The position numbers were made by a program, and so were the translations under genes. Below are positions 1-13,419 of a stretch of 64,000 nucleotides of DNA, piece by piece. Below the pieces are notes generated by a model. It ran no database searches and was not told the DNA's origin. It saw only the letters and a program-made list of their open reading frames with translations. Origin of the DNA: Octopus sinensis (Eukaryota); contig NC_043002.1 of assembly GCF_006345805.1 (NCBI RefSeq), forward strand, positions 94,674,001 through 94,738,000, written 5' to 3'. Position 1 is the stretch's first letter. The number at the start of each line of letters is the position of its first letter.

Positions 1-189
1 GGGACCTCTCACAGTGGAAAATTGTCATGCAGTGTGGCTTTTTGCCGTTCATTGGATCTAGCTCTGCTTGCTCTAGATTGGAAAGGAAGTCTGCGGCGTT
101 GGACGATTTTTTATAATGAAATAAAATTTAGGTTTCTGGCATAATTTTGCAAAATGTAACTAACGTAAGTTATCTAATAGTCCACATTT

Positions 190-337
190 TCTCTATGCAT
201 GTACATACAGGTACATATACATAACACACACACACACACACAGAAATATACATGTGTATGTGTGTAGGTACATATATATGTAGAGATGTGTATATATGTG
301 TATATATAGTTGCATACATGTGTGTGTGTATGTATGA

Positions 338-379
<42 letters not shown>
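190..379. repeat. Compound (CA)n/(TG)n/(TA)n microsatellite
   Basis: Dinucleotide runs read directly; they explain the YIYIYI ORFs in the track. Confidence 0.95.
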
Positions 380-381
<2 letters not shown>

Positions 382-799
382 GCTATATTAAATCTCTGAG
401 CGAAATATAAACATCGTAACATATAATTACCATCCAAGTGTGGCGTCCTATACAGGACAGTGCTACTGATATTTATAGCGCTAGGAACACATCTCTTCCA
501 GCTGGCTAACGACACATCCTGTGTCCGATTAGTACTTGCGACAGGAGGTCATCGATCCCACCTCTAGGCTTACGTGATACACGGACTCGAGTTTGTTGGT
601 GGTTACCTGTCCTCAGCGTGTGTTAATCACCAGCTAGTGACGAAAACACATTTCCTGCGACAAACTGTCGTTGATCTCGAAACGGAAGAAATAAGCTATA
701 TTAAATCTCTGAGCGAGATATAAACAGTGGCAATTATATGTTACGATTCCGAAAGTTCCCTAATAGGGGGTGGGGTAAACAATTGGAGTGAGCTGAGGT

Positions 800-3700
800 T
801 CCCCACCAATTCTGAACGATTCGATGGTTCGAGGGCATCTGAGAAGGGCACTCTTCACCCTCGCAAATTCACTAGCCTACAGGTGCATTATTAGAGTAGG
901 TCTACTCACACAGGCCACTTTCGCTACATTTACTCACCTTCTAGAAAATGTACTGGGGGGCAGCGCTTCTCTCTCTACCCGCATCTTCCTTTCCAAGTGA
1001 AACTTGAAAAAGTTGAGCGGGGATTAACCGAACAGAAAAGTGTCTGTCTTCAGTCTTTCCAACCTGTCCACGATACAACCACTTTCGCTACTGCTATCAG
1101 ACAGAGGAAAATTGCCTGCTCTTCCGGACCGATGGAAGGCGGCGGATCGATCTTCACTATACACTCGACCGATAGCCGGATCTGTCCTATACATGATAAC
1201 AGCTCCACGCATCACGAGCAGGTCAGCTTGACAGCAGTTCTGTGCTTGTAGAGTTTATCTCGAACCGGTAGTGCCTTCCCCCCGCCGGTAGCACTGCCAG
1301 CCTAGGGATTTCTGGAAGTTATCCATCGTCCCCGGCTCGAAAGTCCTCCTGAACAAACTCGTGAGTTCGACTTCGTCAACGACTGGCGTCTTTCCAAGAG
1401 CGTCATCGTCCTTTCCTTTCACTAACCCTCTATAGAACTCAAGAGTGGATGTTCCACTGATCGCATTGCCCGCCTGGTAGGGGGCAACGAGTGCCTGGCA
1501 ACATTCCAGATGCGAGTCACCTTGCCTCGGTCTCTTCTTGACCCAGTAGTGCAGCTCAGTGAGGGAGACGATAAACGGTGACCACATTATGTTCACCGTT
1601 TAGGCAGAATATCTGGAGATGCCGCAGCCTCAACGCATATCATTAGGCACGGCATGCCCAGCCCTCCGCGTAGAGAATGTTGGCAGCAGATAAATAGGAA
1701 GCACTCCAACTTGGTGAGGCGGTACTATGTGACGGACGCGATGTACGCATTCACCACCTCCGCTCTACTCTTTAATGATAGTTTCTTCCCAGCCGATTTC
1801 AGGGTGAGACTGGCTACCCTGCTCACCACCTCGTCCCAATTCTTATCCACCGAGAGGTCTGGTCCGAACGAAACCCCAAGCAATTTTACCGGTCTGTCCT
1901 TCCCGAGTCCAACGACGCTGTTGGACGGCATGGACTAACCTCACCAGTTGCAATCCCACCGACTTATCCGGGTTAAGTTTTGCTCCCGTCAACTTTTTAT
2001 ATTCCTCCAATGATGTGCCGACTACCCTGATTTCTGAACTTCCGACACTATCATGGTGATGTCCGCATTTGCCGACACAGCTTTTCTGCCTCTCGCTTCG
2101 TGTGGCATGCCCTGCAGCTTCTCCAGCTTCCACAATAAAGGCTCAAGAGTCAATACGTACAGAAGGGAGGAGAGAGGCCACCCTTGATAGACCGATCGGG
2201 AGATCTGAAACGTTCTGAAAGGTGGCCATTAACTTTTACTACCGAGTAGATGCTGTTGTGCATTGTAGCGATACAGCCTCTGCAGACACGGCCGAAGCCA
2301 GCCACTTTGAGGACAGCCTCTAGATATCGATCGTTGACCCTATCAAATGTTTTCGATTGACCTAAATTGATCAGCGTCCCACTCTACACGTTCTATAATG
2401 TATCGCATGAGGTGGAGGTTGTCGGGTATGAATTTAGTTGGGCTTGCGCAGGTTTGCACCTCCCCAATCAAATCCTCAACGACAAGCACCAAGCTGTTTG
2501 CTAATACTTTGGCCAACATCTTAAACTCTGTGCTAAGCAGAGTTACGGGCTTGAAGTTATCTAAGGTGTTCCTCTGGCTTTCGTCTTTCTTTATCGGCGT
2601 CACTACGTCCCAGGTCACAGAACTGTGAATACTCCCGCTCTGCGGCCAGTTGCAGAAGAGCGCTTCGAGGAGATCGGATAACAAGTCTGGAATATTTAGG
2701 TAAAGTTCGTAGGGTAGACAATCTAAACTCGGCGACTTGTGCTCTGTGCAGCCGACAAGGGCATCCTGAATTTTGGCTGAAGTAATCTGCCTTTCACAGC
2801 GCTCGGTGTCGGCCACCGAGAGACGCGGCAAGCCGTCGAGGTAGTGACTGAAGTCCGCCACAATCTCCACCCCACCACTCTCTCCGAACAACCGAGGAAA
2901 GTGCTGGCGAAAGGCCTCAAACATCTGAATGGAATCGCTCAGTTAGTGTCCGTCTCAGTCCGTCTTAGTCCGTCAAAGACTGAATTGGGGTTTGTCACCA
3001 CGTTGCACCTCCGCCACGCGGGCCCATCGAGCAGCTTTGATACCCTCGTTTCTTAGAGCACGCGCCTTAGCTCTAACAATGCAACCTTCAAGTTTCGCAT
3101 TGAAAAATGATCTAATGCCATTCTCGCTGCTAGCACGTCGGTTGCAATGCCACTACAAATAGTCTCGTCTAGTTTAGCTACTAACCCCTCCTCTTTTCTA
3201 TTTTTCTAACGCTGTTTCTTTACTACACCCTATCGACATTACTGCAATCTCTTTTTCAGAGCCACCCACCACCTGTTGTTGATGACTCCTCCCTGTCAAC
3301 TACTGCTTCGCTAAATTGCTGACTCGGTCCCTGTAAGCCTTACGTGTCGGAAACGACATGTTCAGCTTCCGGTACCCTGGTCCTAACCTACGCGTCTTAT
3401 CTAGGTCGATCGTATAGATTTCAAACTTGCGGCCTGAATAGGTGACCGTTTTAAAAAGTGGACATCCTACACTATTACTCCTAGTGACAATCCTAACTAT
3501 ATATGATCCGCATGACCCTGAGCGGTTGGTCCACGTTCACACGTTCATTAGGGAAATCTCGTCGGTACTTGTCAGGCATTTGGCACTGGCTGATGAGATG
3601 CTTGAGGCTTGTTGCACCCCACTCTACTCTCAGCTACTCCCACACAATCCCTACATTGATCTAAGATTCCGTTCCAGTCTCCTACAAATTGTAAAGAGTG

Positions 3701-4110
3701 ATACGTACCTAGAAAGGCTTCCAGACGCCAAAAGGAATCCGGTCGTTTGGATCCGGTAGGAGCGTAGACGGACACCAGTTTAAAGACACTACCTTCACTA
3801 CTGGTCACGTCCAGATCTACCAACTTCCCGTCCGAATCCTGGAAATCGACTTTACCACGAGATTCAGTTCTTTCTTAAACAGCACTGCTACTCCACCTCC
3901 CATTCTCGGCCGACTAACAATGCAAAAATTTGATAGTTGTCGAATATGGGGGAAAGTGCATGTGTTTTTGGAAATTCTGTCTCACTGACAGCAATTATAT
4001 CCACTTCTAGAAACCACAAGACGTTGAGCAGGCGCCCCTGCTTCCAGGGCAACCCCAGGTCTCCAACATTTTAAAATCCTATTCTTTGTATGGCCATGTT
4101 GGCAAGCTAA
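800..4110 (-). pseudogene. Tx1-like ORF2 (AP endonuclease plus reverse transcriptase) pseudogene
   Basis: Multiple short ORFs carry APE and RT motifs, interrupted by stops and frameshifts. Confidence 0.85.
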
Positions 4111-4939
4111 AGAGAGAAGGGAAAGGTTTACTTACTTCCCTGTGTCTTGGTAAGGTCGGGTGGTTCGACTTCTATAATTGGTGGAGTCTCTTTTAGGAAT
4201 CCCTGTCAGTTCCTCGATGTGGGTCTCACGTTCGGGGTTTCCGCGTCCACTGGAAAAATCTCCCGAAGTTTTGTGAAGGAATCAAGAGATATTCGCACCA
4301 GAAGCAAATCTTCTGGTACACAAAATGTGTTCGATTCGAATATCACCCTCTTCCTGTTTCAAATTCGGTGTTTTTTTTGCGTTACGAGTATTTTCAGTTC
4401 CTCGTTGTCCGTTCTGATGTGTACGGATTGAGTGTTTTGTGTTGGTGTTGTTTAATTGTTTGCTTCACTGTAGTGGTGAGGGCCTTGCTGTTGTTGTTTC
4501 TGTTTCTATGTGTGCAGTGAGTGTGGTGTCTGTAGATTTAGATGTTTGTGTTCTTGTTTAGGTTGTTTGCGTTTGGGGAATTCTGTTCTGGTGATAGTGA
4601 TTGTGTTGGTTGTGTTGGTGTTTTGAGGGAGATGTTTGCGTGGGTGGTGTCTGTATTTTTATTGTATGTGTTGTTATGCTTTGTGGAGTTTTACTCTTGT
4701 GCTTGCTATTTTTTTTTTTTGACATATTGGTTTTCTTTCGTTTTCACTGATGAAGGGTCTGCTGCTGTAAGTGTGTTTACGTCTGTATGTATGTTTATAA
4801 TCTTGTGTGTGTATTTTTGTTTCGTTTGAGGCGGGTAGGAGAATTTTCGTTGTATCTCCCGAGGGTGGTTAATGTCTTTAGTAGTCTTGCCGGTACTGGT
4901 GATGTTTGTGGTTCTTGTCCCGGTGTAGACAGTAGTAGA

Positions 4940-6019
4940 GTCCGTTGGTGGGCAGCGAGCTCGCAAATGAGTCGTTTCTATAAACGCGAAACAATGAGTC
5001 ATTGTGCCCTCAGTCATGATATCTATTACTGTCCCGTTCTGGAGTGTTCCGGGATTTTTTTTATGTTTTCGAGTATGATCTGGAGAAGTATTTGCAGGCC
5101 AACCCCGGACCAGTCCTCCCTGGCAGTTGTTGCCGCCTCTATAAGGACAGTGTCCGTCCCCTCCATGATTATGCATCCCAGAAGCCACCAAATACCTAGT
5201 CCTGGTGGGATTCTAGGAATGCGGACACGGGCTGTACGTTTCCCCATGTGGGAGGGGTACATGATGACTTTGCTGGTTTTGCAGGGGTTCATTGAATATT
5301 TCATAGCAAGGACTATTGACTTAAACAGCCCCGAAATGATTCCGTATTGTTTACCCCTCGCTATGTATTCGATGTTATTTCTGATGCACCTCAACGCCGT
5401 CTCAATATCTACTTGGACTATCAAAGCTGTTCTTTTCGTGTCTGCTGAGATACATCTGAAAAGCAGCGTTCTTCGCTCCACTGTTTTATTTGCCTCTGAT
5501 AGGATTGTCAGATTGGCTCAAGTTTTCTCTTGTTTTATTAGTTTCCATGCTTGTGGTAGCATCTGCTTCCTGTTTGTGGGGTCTACGGTAAAGCAGCTGT
5601 TGAAAACGTATTTTGGTTATTGTTATTGGTATTGTTCTCGTTGTTGTTTTTGTTCTTGTTACTGTTCCTGCTTCTGCTGCCGTTGATGTTGTTGTCATTT
5701 TTCTTATCGATTTTGTTGGTATTGGTTTTGCTGTCGTTGCTGTTGTCACTTTTGCTCTCGTTATTGTTGTTGTTGCTATCGCTACTACCGCTGCCATTGT
5801 TGCCTTTTTTCGTGGTTGTTTTTACTATCATTACTACTACTGCTGCGGCTGCTGTCACCGTTGCGTCTGCTTTTGTCATTTTTACCACTGTTGGTGTTTC
5901 TATTACTACTGTTGTTACTGTTTGTTGAACTTTGTATCATGACAGTCTTGTTTTTCTTCTCCTCCCCTTCCCTTGTATTGTTGCCCGTGACGGGGGGAAG
6001 TCTTCATCCATTTCCATAT
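4940..6019 (-). pseudogene. Tx1-like ORF1 (gag-like) pseudogene
   Basis: ATGGAAATGGATGAAGAC start near 6019, a Thr/Asn/Ser-rich tract, the core MERRTLLFRC..., and a degenerate CCHC knuckle; broken by frameshifts. Confidence 0.65.
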
Positions 6020-6093
6020 TGGTAGGAAGGTTTGTTTTGTTTTTTCTCAACTCTAACAAGCGACCAGGTAGGCAATGGAAAATGACCTAAATA

Positions 6094-6648
6094 TTGGGTT
6101 ATCCGGAAAGTTCGTGCCGATTTATAGTAGCTTACCTTTCGACTTATTTTAGAATATGGTTGAGTCCATATAATAGGATTTGACTACACCTGCATGTTGA
6201 GCACAGTTTTCGTGGGAAAAGGTCTATTTGCCTATAAGCAGTGTTAATTCTGTAACCCTTTAAAATGGAAGATAAGAATGTTCATTTTCGGCACTTGATG
6301 CTTTGGGAACCAGACAAATATTGTTGCAGTTCGGCTGGGATGCGTTACCCCACCCTCCATATTCACCAGATATTGCTCCTTTGGATTTCCACTTATTCAG
6401 GTCTCTGCAAAATAGTCTTAATGGTAAAAATTTCAATTCCTTGGATGACGTAAAAAGATACCATGATGAATTATTTGCCATGAAACCACCTCAATTCTGG
6501 GAAGAGGGTATTTTCAAGTTAAACGAAAGATGGAGGCGCATTGTGCAACAAAATGGTTCATATTTGGTTGATTAAAATTGTAATGGCAAGTATTTATAGG
6601 CCTTTTTCTATCCTTTAAAAATCGGGACGAACATTCCGGACAACCCAA
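6094..6648 (+). mobile_element. Internally deleted mariner (non-autonomous, 555 bp)
   Basis: TIRs TTGGGTTATCCGGAAAGTTCGTGCCGATTT / AAATCGGGACGAACATTCCGGACAACCCAA with TA on both sides. MEDKNVHFRHLML is fused to the C-terminal HPPYSPDIAPLDFHLF. Same family as 29941-31213. Confidence 0.95.
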
Positions 6649-8037
6649 TATATGACAGAAAGGAAATGAAGAATCATGCTAAAAGAGCAACCCTTTGAGT
6701 CTCAATTGAAAGACTGCCAAATGGCCAGAACAATCAAATGTCTGGAGAAATAAATTGTAATGAACCTGGTAAAGATAGCGAGGAAATTAGTAAAGAAACA
6801 ATATTTGGAGACCACTCATTTTCTAAGAGTCTACGGTGGAAATGAAGCAGAAAATCCTGAATATGTTTGCAGCTGTAAGACGCGCCAATATGCTTGATAG
6901 AGAACCACTTCGTGAATTCTCAAATACAATTCAAAAAGAAAAAAAAATTATATTGGCAACTATGTGACAAAAGAAATCATACAAGAATTAAAACCTGATC
7001 TCACAGAAGAATTCCAAACTGGAGAAGTAAAATTGAAAGATATATTTAATTAATGAGAGGTGAAATATCAATATTAAATATACTAACCTGTGGAAACAAT
7101 GTAACGTTCAAAAAAGTAAGAAAGATGAAGAGAAAACATAGCTTTCAACAAAAGAAACCATAGAACAAAGCCTCCAAGCAAAAGAAACAAATTTTACGGG
7201 CAAAATCAGCTATTTCCACTGCAAAAGTATTCTTCAGAGAAATAGGGAATAAGAAAATAACCGTTGAACTCCACTCCCATTGATGAAGTTGAACACTTTT
7301 GGAAAATATTTAGAGTGATGAAAGGACATACAATGAAAATGCAGACTGGATCAGATTCCCTGAAGGATCCTACCAAAATTTACCAGAACAAGCATGAGAA
7401 AACATCACAATAGCAGACCTAAGGATGACACACACATGAAGGCTCACAAGTGGAAATACCCTTGGTACAGATAGGGTGCCAAATTTCTAGTTCGCATCGT
7501 TCCCGTGCGCACACGAAAAGCTAGTTCAGCTATTCAATGAGAAAACACCTGATTGTTTAGCAAGTGCTATAATTTACCTACTTCCAAAGAATAACGAAAA
7601 CCAAATTTATCCAAAAATATCAGACTATAACCTATCGATCTATCACGTATAAGATTTTAACATCCATCTTCAGTGGAGAACACTTACGCATTTATTGAAT
7701 ACAACGATTTCCCCACTGAACAAAAAAGGGTATTAAAGAGGCTCATATGGATGTAAAGGTCAACTCCTAATCAATCGCATGAAATCTCAGTAACACATGG
7801 ACTGATTATAAAAAGGTCTTCGACTGCATCCCGCATTCACAGATCTTGAAATCGCTGGATGCCTTCAAAATTTCTCCTGTAATTTCAAATTTCCTGAAGC
7901 ACAATATGTCAGTATGGAATACGAATCACCAATTATACCACTCTAATGGCTTACTGACTTCAAATAATATTAATATCAACTGCGGCATTCTCCATGGTGA
8001 TTCACTTTCACATTAAATTTTTTGAATAGCGTTAATA

Positions 8038-9327
8038 CGAGGGGCGTTCAATAAGTAATGCCCCTGATCCACCTGAAGTTGTTCGATCTAGCTGAAATGT
8101 TGCGTGTGCAATTATTTATATCTCTATAGATTAAGTGGCAAGTTACAGCTCTAAACTAATTGTGGTTTCTGATTTACAGGTGTTTGAACTGAGTCAAGTG
8201 TGAAATGGAGTCTGTTGAATGTCAAGCAGTGATCCGGTTTTTGTATTTGAAAGGACGCACACCACGGGAGACTTTTGATGAAATGAAAGTAACTTATTGT
8301 GATAATGCCCCATCATATGACCTTGTAAAACGCTGGCATCGTGAATTCAAACATGGTTGGAACTCTGTGGAAACAGCTCCCAGATCTGTCGCCTCCTTCT
8401 GCCATTGATGAGGCATCTGTCCGTTAAGTTGAGGCTGCCATTTTGGAAGATCGACGCATAACTATTCGCGAAATAGCCCATGAGGTCAAGATTAGTACCG
8501 GGTCTGTGGAAACTATCATTCATGACCATTTGCATATGCAAAAGGTGTCTGCCAGATGGATTCCCAGGTTGCTCACATCTTTCCAGAAGCAAGAACGCGT
8601 CGATTGCTCGAGGATGAATTTGGAGATGTGCCAAGAAGATGAGTCAAAATTTTTCAAAAGACTGATTACACAGGATGAAACCTGGGTCCATCACTATGAT
8701 CCAGAGACCAAAGCCCAGTCAATGCAGTGGAAGCACCGTGACTCCCCTCCTCCAAAGAAGGCAAGGGTGCAGCCCTCCGCTGGCAAGGTCACGCTCACAG
8801 TCTTCTAGGACCAGGACGGAGTAGTGATGACAGATTTCCTGGCAAATGGTGCCACAATTACAGGAGCCTATTATGCTTCACTTTTGAGGGAATTAAGAGA
8901 AGCTATCAAAATCAAGAGGCGGGGCAAGATCAGCAAAGGCATCCTCCTCCTGCAGGACAACGCTCTGGTCCACAACTCGCGTGTCGCCAGATCAGAAGCA
9001 CAGGCGTGCGGCTATGAACTCCTCCCCCATCCCCCTACTCTTCTGACCTTGCACCTTCTGATTTTCACCTCTTCCCAGCCATGAAGTTGTTTTTGAAAGG
9101 AAAGCGTTTCCCAGATGATGCAGCCTTGATTTCTGAAGTCACGTCGTGGCTGGAGGACCAAGCTGGTGTCTTCTACAGAAACGGTCTTCAGAGCTGCATG
9201 AAACGATGGGAGAAATGCGTAACTCTGGGTGGTTCCTATGTAGAAAAAGACTAATAACTGTGCCAAGTTTCGTTGCTCTACTGCTATGGGAAGTGGGTCA
9301 GGGGCATTACTTATTGAACGCCCCTCG
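8038..9327 (+). mobile_element. Full-length mariner (irritans/Himar1-like), 1290 bp
   Basis: Perfect 30-bp TIRs CGAGGGGCGTTCAATAAGTAATGCCCCTGA with TA duplication at 8036-8037 and 9328-9329. Confidence 0.97.
8205..9255 (+). pseudogene. Mariner transposase pseudogene
   Basis: HTH N-terminus MESVECQAVIRFL, WIPRLLT, DETWVHHYDPE, LLQDNA and HPP..PSDFHLF; contains in-frame stops (e.g. FWD to F*D at 8806) and frameshifts. Confidence 0.92.
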
Positions 9328-10059
9328 TAACACAAGTGAATTTAACAGAAAAAATATAAAATTGACAATAAGGATGCAAACTATCTGTTTTATATGGATG
9401 ACTTAAAATTCTATGGCAAAGACAATGATGAGCTTTAAGGCCTATTACGTACTGTGAAAGCATTCGGTAAAGACATCGGGATGGAATTTGGTTTTCACAA
9501 ATGTGCCAAGGCCAATTTCCAGAAAAGGAAATTGAAGACCTCACATTCAGTGGTGTTAGATAAAAGAAATTGAGCAGGTGCAAACTTAAAAATACCTCGG
9601 AATAAATTAGGTCTCTGGCACCCAGCATGCAAACATGAAAAAGAAGATCAGAAAGGAATATTACCAGAGAGTTCGAGCTGTCCTAAAATTAAAAGCAGGT
9701 AATAAGGTGTTAGCCATAAATTCCTTAGCAGTTCCAGTCGTTATTATAGTTTCAATGTGTTGAACTGGAATATCATCGAAATAAAAGAAAATTGACAGGA
9801 AAATACGTAAGTTGCTCTCTTGCAATGAGGTACACCACTTAAATGCGGACACAGATCGTCTTTATCTTCCCAGAGTTCAAAGGGATCGGAGTTTGATCCA
9901 ATTTGAAATCTCTTACAAAACCATCACAATTTGACTGACCAAATATATTGAAACATCTAACGACTGGATGCTATAACACGTTGAAAACCACTAGAAACTT
10001 ATAAAGCGTCATTCTGTCATGACGAAGAGCAAAATTTTCCTAGTGCAATCATGCATAAT

Positions 10060-10975
10060 ACCCAGGTTGAACCGCATGTGCTACGATGGTGATGAGACGA
10101 AGAAAGCTTGTCACGACAGAATGCATATGGATGCCAAGTGGTGAAATGATGAAGTTAATTCAGCCTCGGCCCAGTTATAGATATCTGGGAATATTTGAGG
10201 CAGATGGAATTAAACACGACGATATAAAAGAAAATACAAAGGAAGAGTGCCTGCAACGAGTGAGAAAAATATTGACTTCAAAACTAAATGTCAGAAGTAT
10301 AATTTTGTCAATAAACTCTCGCGCAGTCGCAGTATCTGTATGGCGCTGGAATCATGAAGTTGACAGAGGAAGAATTAAAAGAGGTAGACAGGAAGAAAAG
10401 AAAGCTCCTAACGATGCATGGAGGCAATCATCCACGTGCAGACACTGATTGCCCATACATGAAGAGAGCAAGTGGAGGAAGGGGACAGATAAGTTTTGAA
10501 GACTGTGTACGCATCGAACACGAAAGCTTAATGAGATATCTATCCCAAAGTAAGGAAACCTTGCTAGTCTCAGTTAGAAATGAGGGAGTATAGAAAGCAA
10601 AGAAAAAAGGAAAAAGGACAAAGGAAGTAGTACAAAAAGGACATGAAGAAGAATCTCGCAACAAGGAACTGCACAATCAGTTCTACGGAGCCACAACAAA
10701 AGTTGCTGGAAAACATAGGTAGGATTGGCTGAAGAAAGGAGCACTGAACACAGAGATTGAGGACACCATACTGTGAAGAAGTATTTCACAGATGGTTGTT
10801 GTTATGAAATGTAACACAGAAAGCAATTTCAAATGACGGCAGAGAGACCTTAGAAAAATGATAAAATAAAAGATAGAGAGGTGACTTGTTGATACAAGAT
10901 TCAAAAGCCTAAACACCAAACTGCACCAGCTGAAACAACTCACAGTCACGGCTGAAAAACTAAAACTACAGCATA
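10060..10975 (+). mobile_element. Second R4/Dong-like RT/thumb fragment (decayed)
   Basis: YRYLGIFEAD, RVRKILTSKLN, INSRAV and HPRADTD.PYMKRASGGRG. Confidence 0.75.
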
Positions 10976-10979
10976 AATC

Positions 10980-12400
10980 TTGTATAAACGGCAAATGTTC
11001 AATAAATTGTTTGCCAGAGATCGTAAGTTAGCCTATTGCAGCTTCAATACGAATGAATCGATCTCTGTAAAATACACCCTAACTCGGTATGCTGTTCTTG
11101 ATCAGTGCACACACATTCTCAGCTGTTCTACGCATGCCAAATTTTTCCAAAATCCACAAATGCGGCAATATGTCGTAAGCCTTTTTGAAGTCTATCCAGA
11201 CCACGCATAAGTTTTTTTTGGCACCATTCGTAGTTCTTCATTATAACCTTGTCTATTACAAGGTGGTCCTTGGTACCCTTGGATTCTTTTCGACATCCCT
11301 TTTGTGCTGCTGGTAATAGTTTGTTTTCCGCAAGGAACGCATATATTTTCCATATTTATACTTTCTATAGGAAGTTAAGATAAGCAATGGGTCGGTAATT
11401 GTCAACCTCGTTGCCATTTGACCGATCTTTTATTAACAATGTTGTTCTTCCCTCTCCCATCCACTCCGGAACTGCACCACTCTGTAGGCAATTCTCTAAC
11501 TGCAACTCAGTTCTCTTGTGTATTGACCTAAACCTCTTGACCTAAACTGCCACTTTCCTGTTTGGCAGTTTTGCTATCTGTGCAATGACATCTTCCGTTG
11601 TTATGCGCACATGGTCCTGTCGTGGAGTCTCCGGGTGATGGAGTTCGGTTCTCACAGAATGAATCCACTCAGCACTGTGGTTGTGCGAACTTCTTGCCCT
11701 GAGATGTTATTCCAAAATTGACTGATTTCTTCTGCTTCAGGAGGTGTATTATCTTCTGTATTTCCTCCTAAGACCTTAAAAAACTGCCCCTGGTTATTTG
11801 AGAATAACCAGTTTTGCTGGAACTGTGATATGCGATCAGTGGACCTTTAATGTTTTAGCCCGCACACGTTGTTTTAGGGTTTCGATGGCAGCTTTGAACC
11901 CTTTCTTTTCTATTTGGTACTTCACGTCAAGATATGCTCTTGCATTTTATTTTACATTTTCCCATTGCTCTTTAGACCACTCTTCTATGTGGCTCAGACC
12001 TTTACGCAAAGTTAGAATGTCGCCTTCAATTCTCCGCTTCCACCATAGCTCCTTCTGTCCGTCTACTTTCCTCTCTTTTTTTTCCAACCAGTTCACCTAA
12101 TAAAATTTAAGCGGATCTGATCAAGTCCCTTGTTTCTGTTAGATCTTTTGTCAGAATGTGTTTCAGAATCTCATCAACTTTTTGGATCGCGCGTCTCACA
12201 TTGTTACGGTCGAAGCTTCTTAGATTCACCGGCTTGGTCTCTGTTCTTGTAATTATTATATCCTGGAGTCATTTCCTGGGGTTTCTCTGTTCCTCAGACA
12301 TATCCTCTCTTAATTCAAGATTTTTATGCATTATATTGACTGGCGGGCCTCCTCCACTACAACTTGGCTATGCATTCGCTGATCTTCACCTACGTTTTTT
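10980..12400 (-). mobile_element. R4/Dong-like RT N-terminal fragment, opposite orientation
   Basis: Minus-strand translation gives HNHSAEWI, NYRPIAYL, QKGCRKESKGTKDHLVIDK and KNLCVVWIDFKKAYD. Confidence 0.8.
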
Positions 12401-12514
12401 TCAGAAATCTATCCATACTTGTAAGGCTGTAAGCAGAATTGTATATATATAAAAGCAAACCTAATAGTGGCAGAACAAAATGATCTTTAAAGTGTTTGAT
12501 GATGTAAAACATAC

Positions 12515-12740
12515 TTCCCCTCTCACTAAAATTGCCGGCCTTGTGCTAAAATTTGAAACCAGTATTTATATATTTAATCGTTTGCACGATGGGCAAAATG
12601 CTTAGCGATATTTCACCCGTCTTTATGTTCAGAGTTCAAATGCCGCCGAGGCTGACTTTGCCTTTCAGCATTTCGAAATCGATAGAATAAGTAGCAGCTG
12701 GACACTGGGGTCGATGTAATTCACTTACCTCTTCCCTGAT
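12515..12740 (+). mobile_element. Octopus tRNA-derived SINE (OK/OR-like), degraded
   Basis: GGGCAAAATGCTTAGCG...CAGAGTTCAAATGCCGCCGAGG matches the SINE family seen at 25.5-26.4 kb. Confidence 0.7.
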
Positions 12741-13419
12741 ACTGAAATTACAATGAATATATTTAATGTGGTGAGCATTAATAGAACTGTGTTGAAATAA
12801 GGACAATACAAGCTCAATGACTAATTAATCTAATCGTTTATTGCTTTAACTGAATATAATCAAGACAAGGAGAAAACTTCAGATTTTCATTAATTAAAAT
12901 TTTCATTAATTAAAATTTGGGTTAAGCATACAATAGGTGACTATGACGAAAACTTCAAATAGTAATATTTTATTGATAGTTATTTATCATTTACACTTAG
13001 ATTTATAAAAAGCAAAAAGTGTATTTGTATTTACTGTTATAAAATCGTTAAAAATGTCAGATTAGAAATAGTTTTTAATATTATCCGCCAACTGCAAGAC
13101 CACCAAAACAATCAAAACATTGAAACTGAATGAAATAGTTGACCCAGCGCCTGAAAGTAAAAAAGAAAAGTAATCATATCAATTTATATATAGAGAGAGA
13201 GAGTAAACTATTTTCTCATCATTTAAATATCTTTATCGATTTTATTAATAAATTATTACATTGCTACTTATAACTGCAACAAGTAACTTTGCTTTTATAA
13301 ACGACTTGAGGGAACAATTTTTATAATACTTAAGCATTTTTGGTTAGTCGTCATTCAAAATCTAGCGTTATGACCACAAACAAGCATCACGAAAACTTAA
13401 ATTAACTATTTTTCAGTTC

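Larger units (their letters stand above)
730..6050 (-). mobile_element. Near full-length, decayed Tx1/L1-clade non-LTR retrotransposon (ORF1 plus APE-RT ORF2)
   Basis: Minus-strand fragments lie in correct order: low-complexity ORF1 N-terminus, ORF1 core (5026-5481), degenerate zinc knuckle HCFAFIETTHLRARCP (~4950-4995), APE endonuclease (VSVYAP, VGDWNG; 3572-3823), RT (KSPSLDCLPYE, NFKPVTLLSTEFKMLAKVLA, DNLHLMRYII; 2343-2924), and thumb (LGVSFGP, LSLKSRAEVVN). Confidence 0.85.
6650..10050 (+). mobile_element. Decayed R4/Dong-clade (RLE) non-LTR retrotransposon RT region, split by a mariner insertion
   Basis: RT motifs are recognisable across stops: GDSLS near 7995, LFYMDDLK near 9385, YSFNVLNW and HHLNADTDRLYLP near 9750-9870. 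The sequence is colinear across the 8038-9327 insertion. Confidence 0.75.

Noticed and set aside
1-175. Possible transposon end at the window start
   Set aside because: Too short and cut by the window edge; no motif I can assign.
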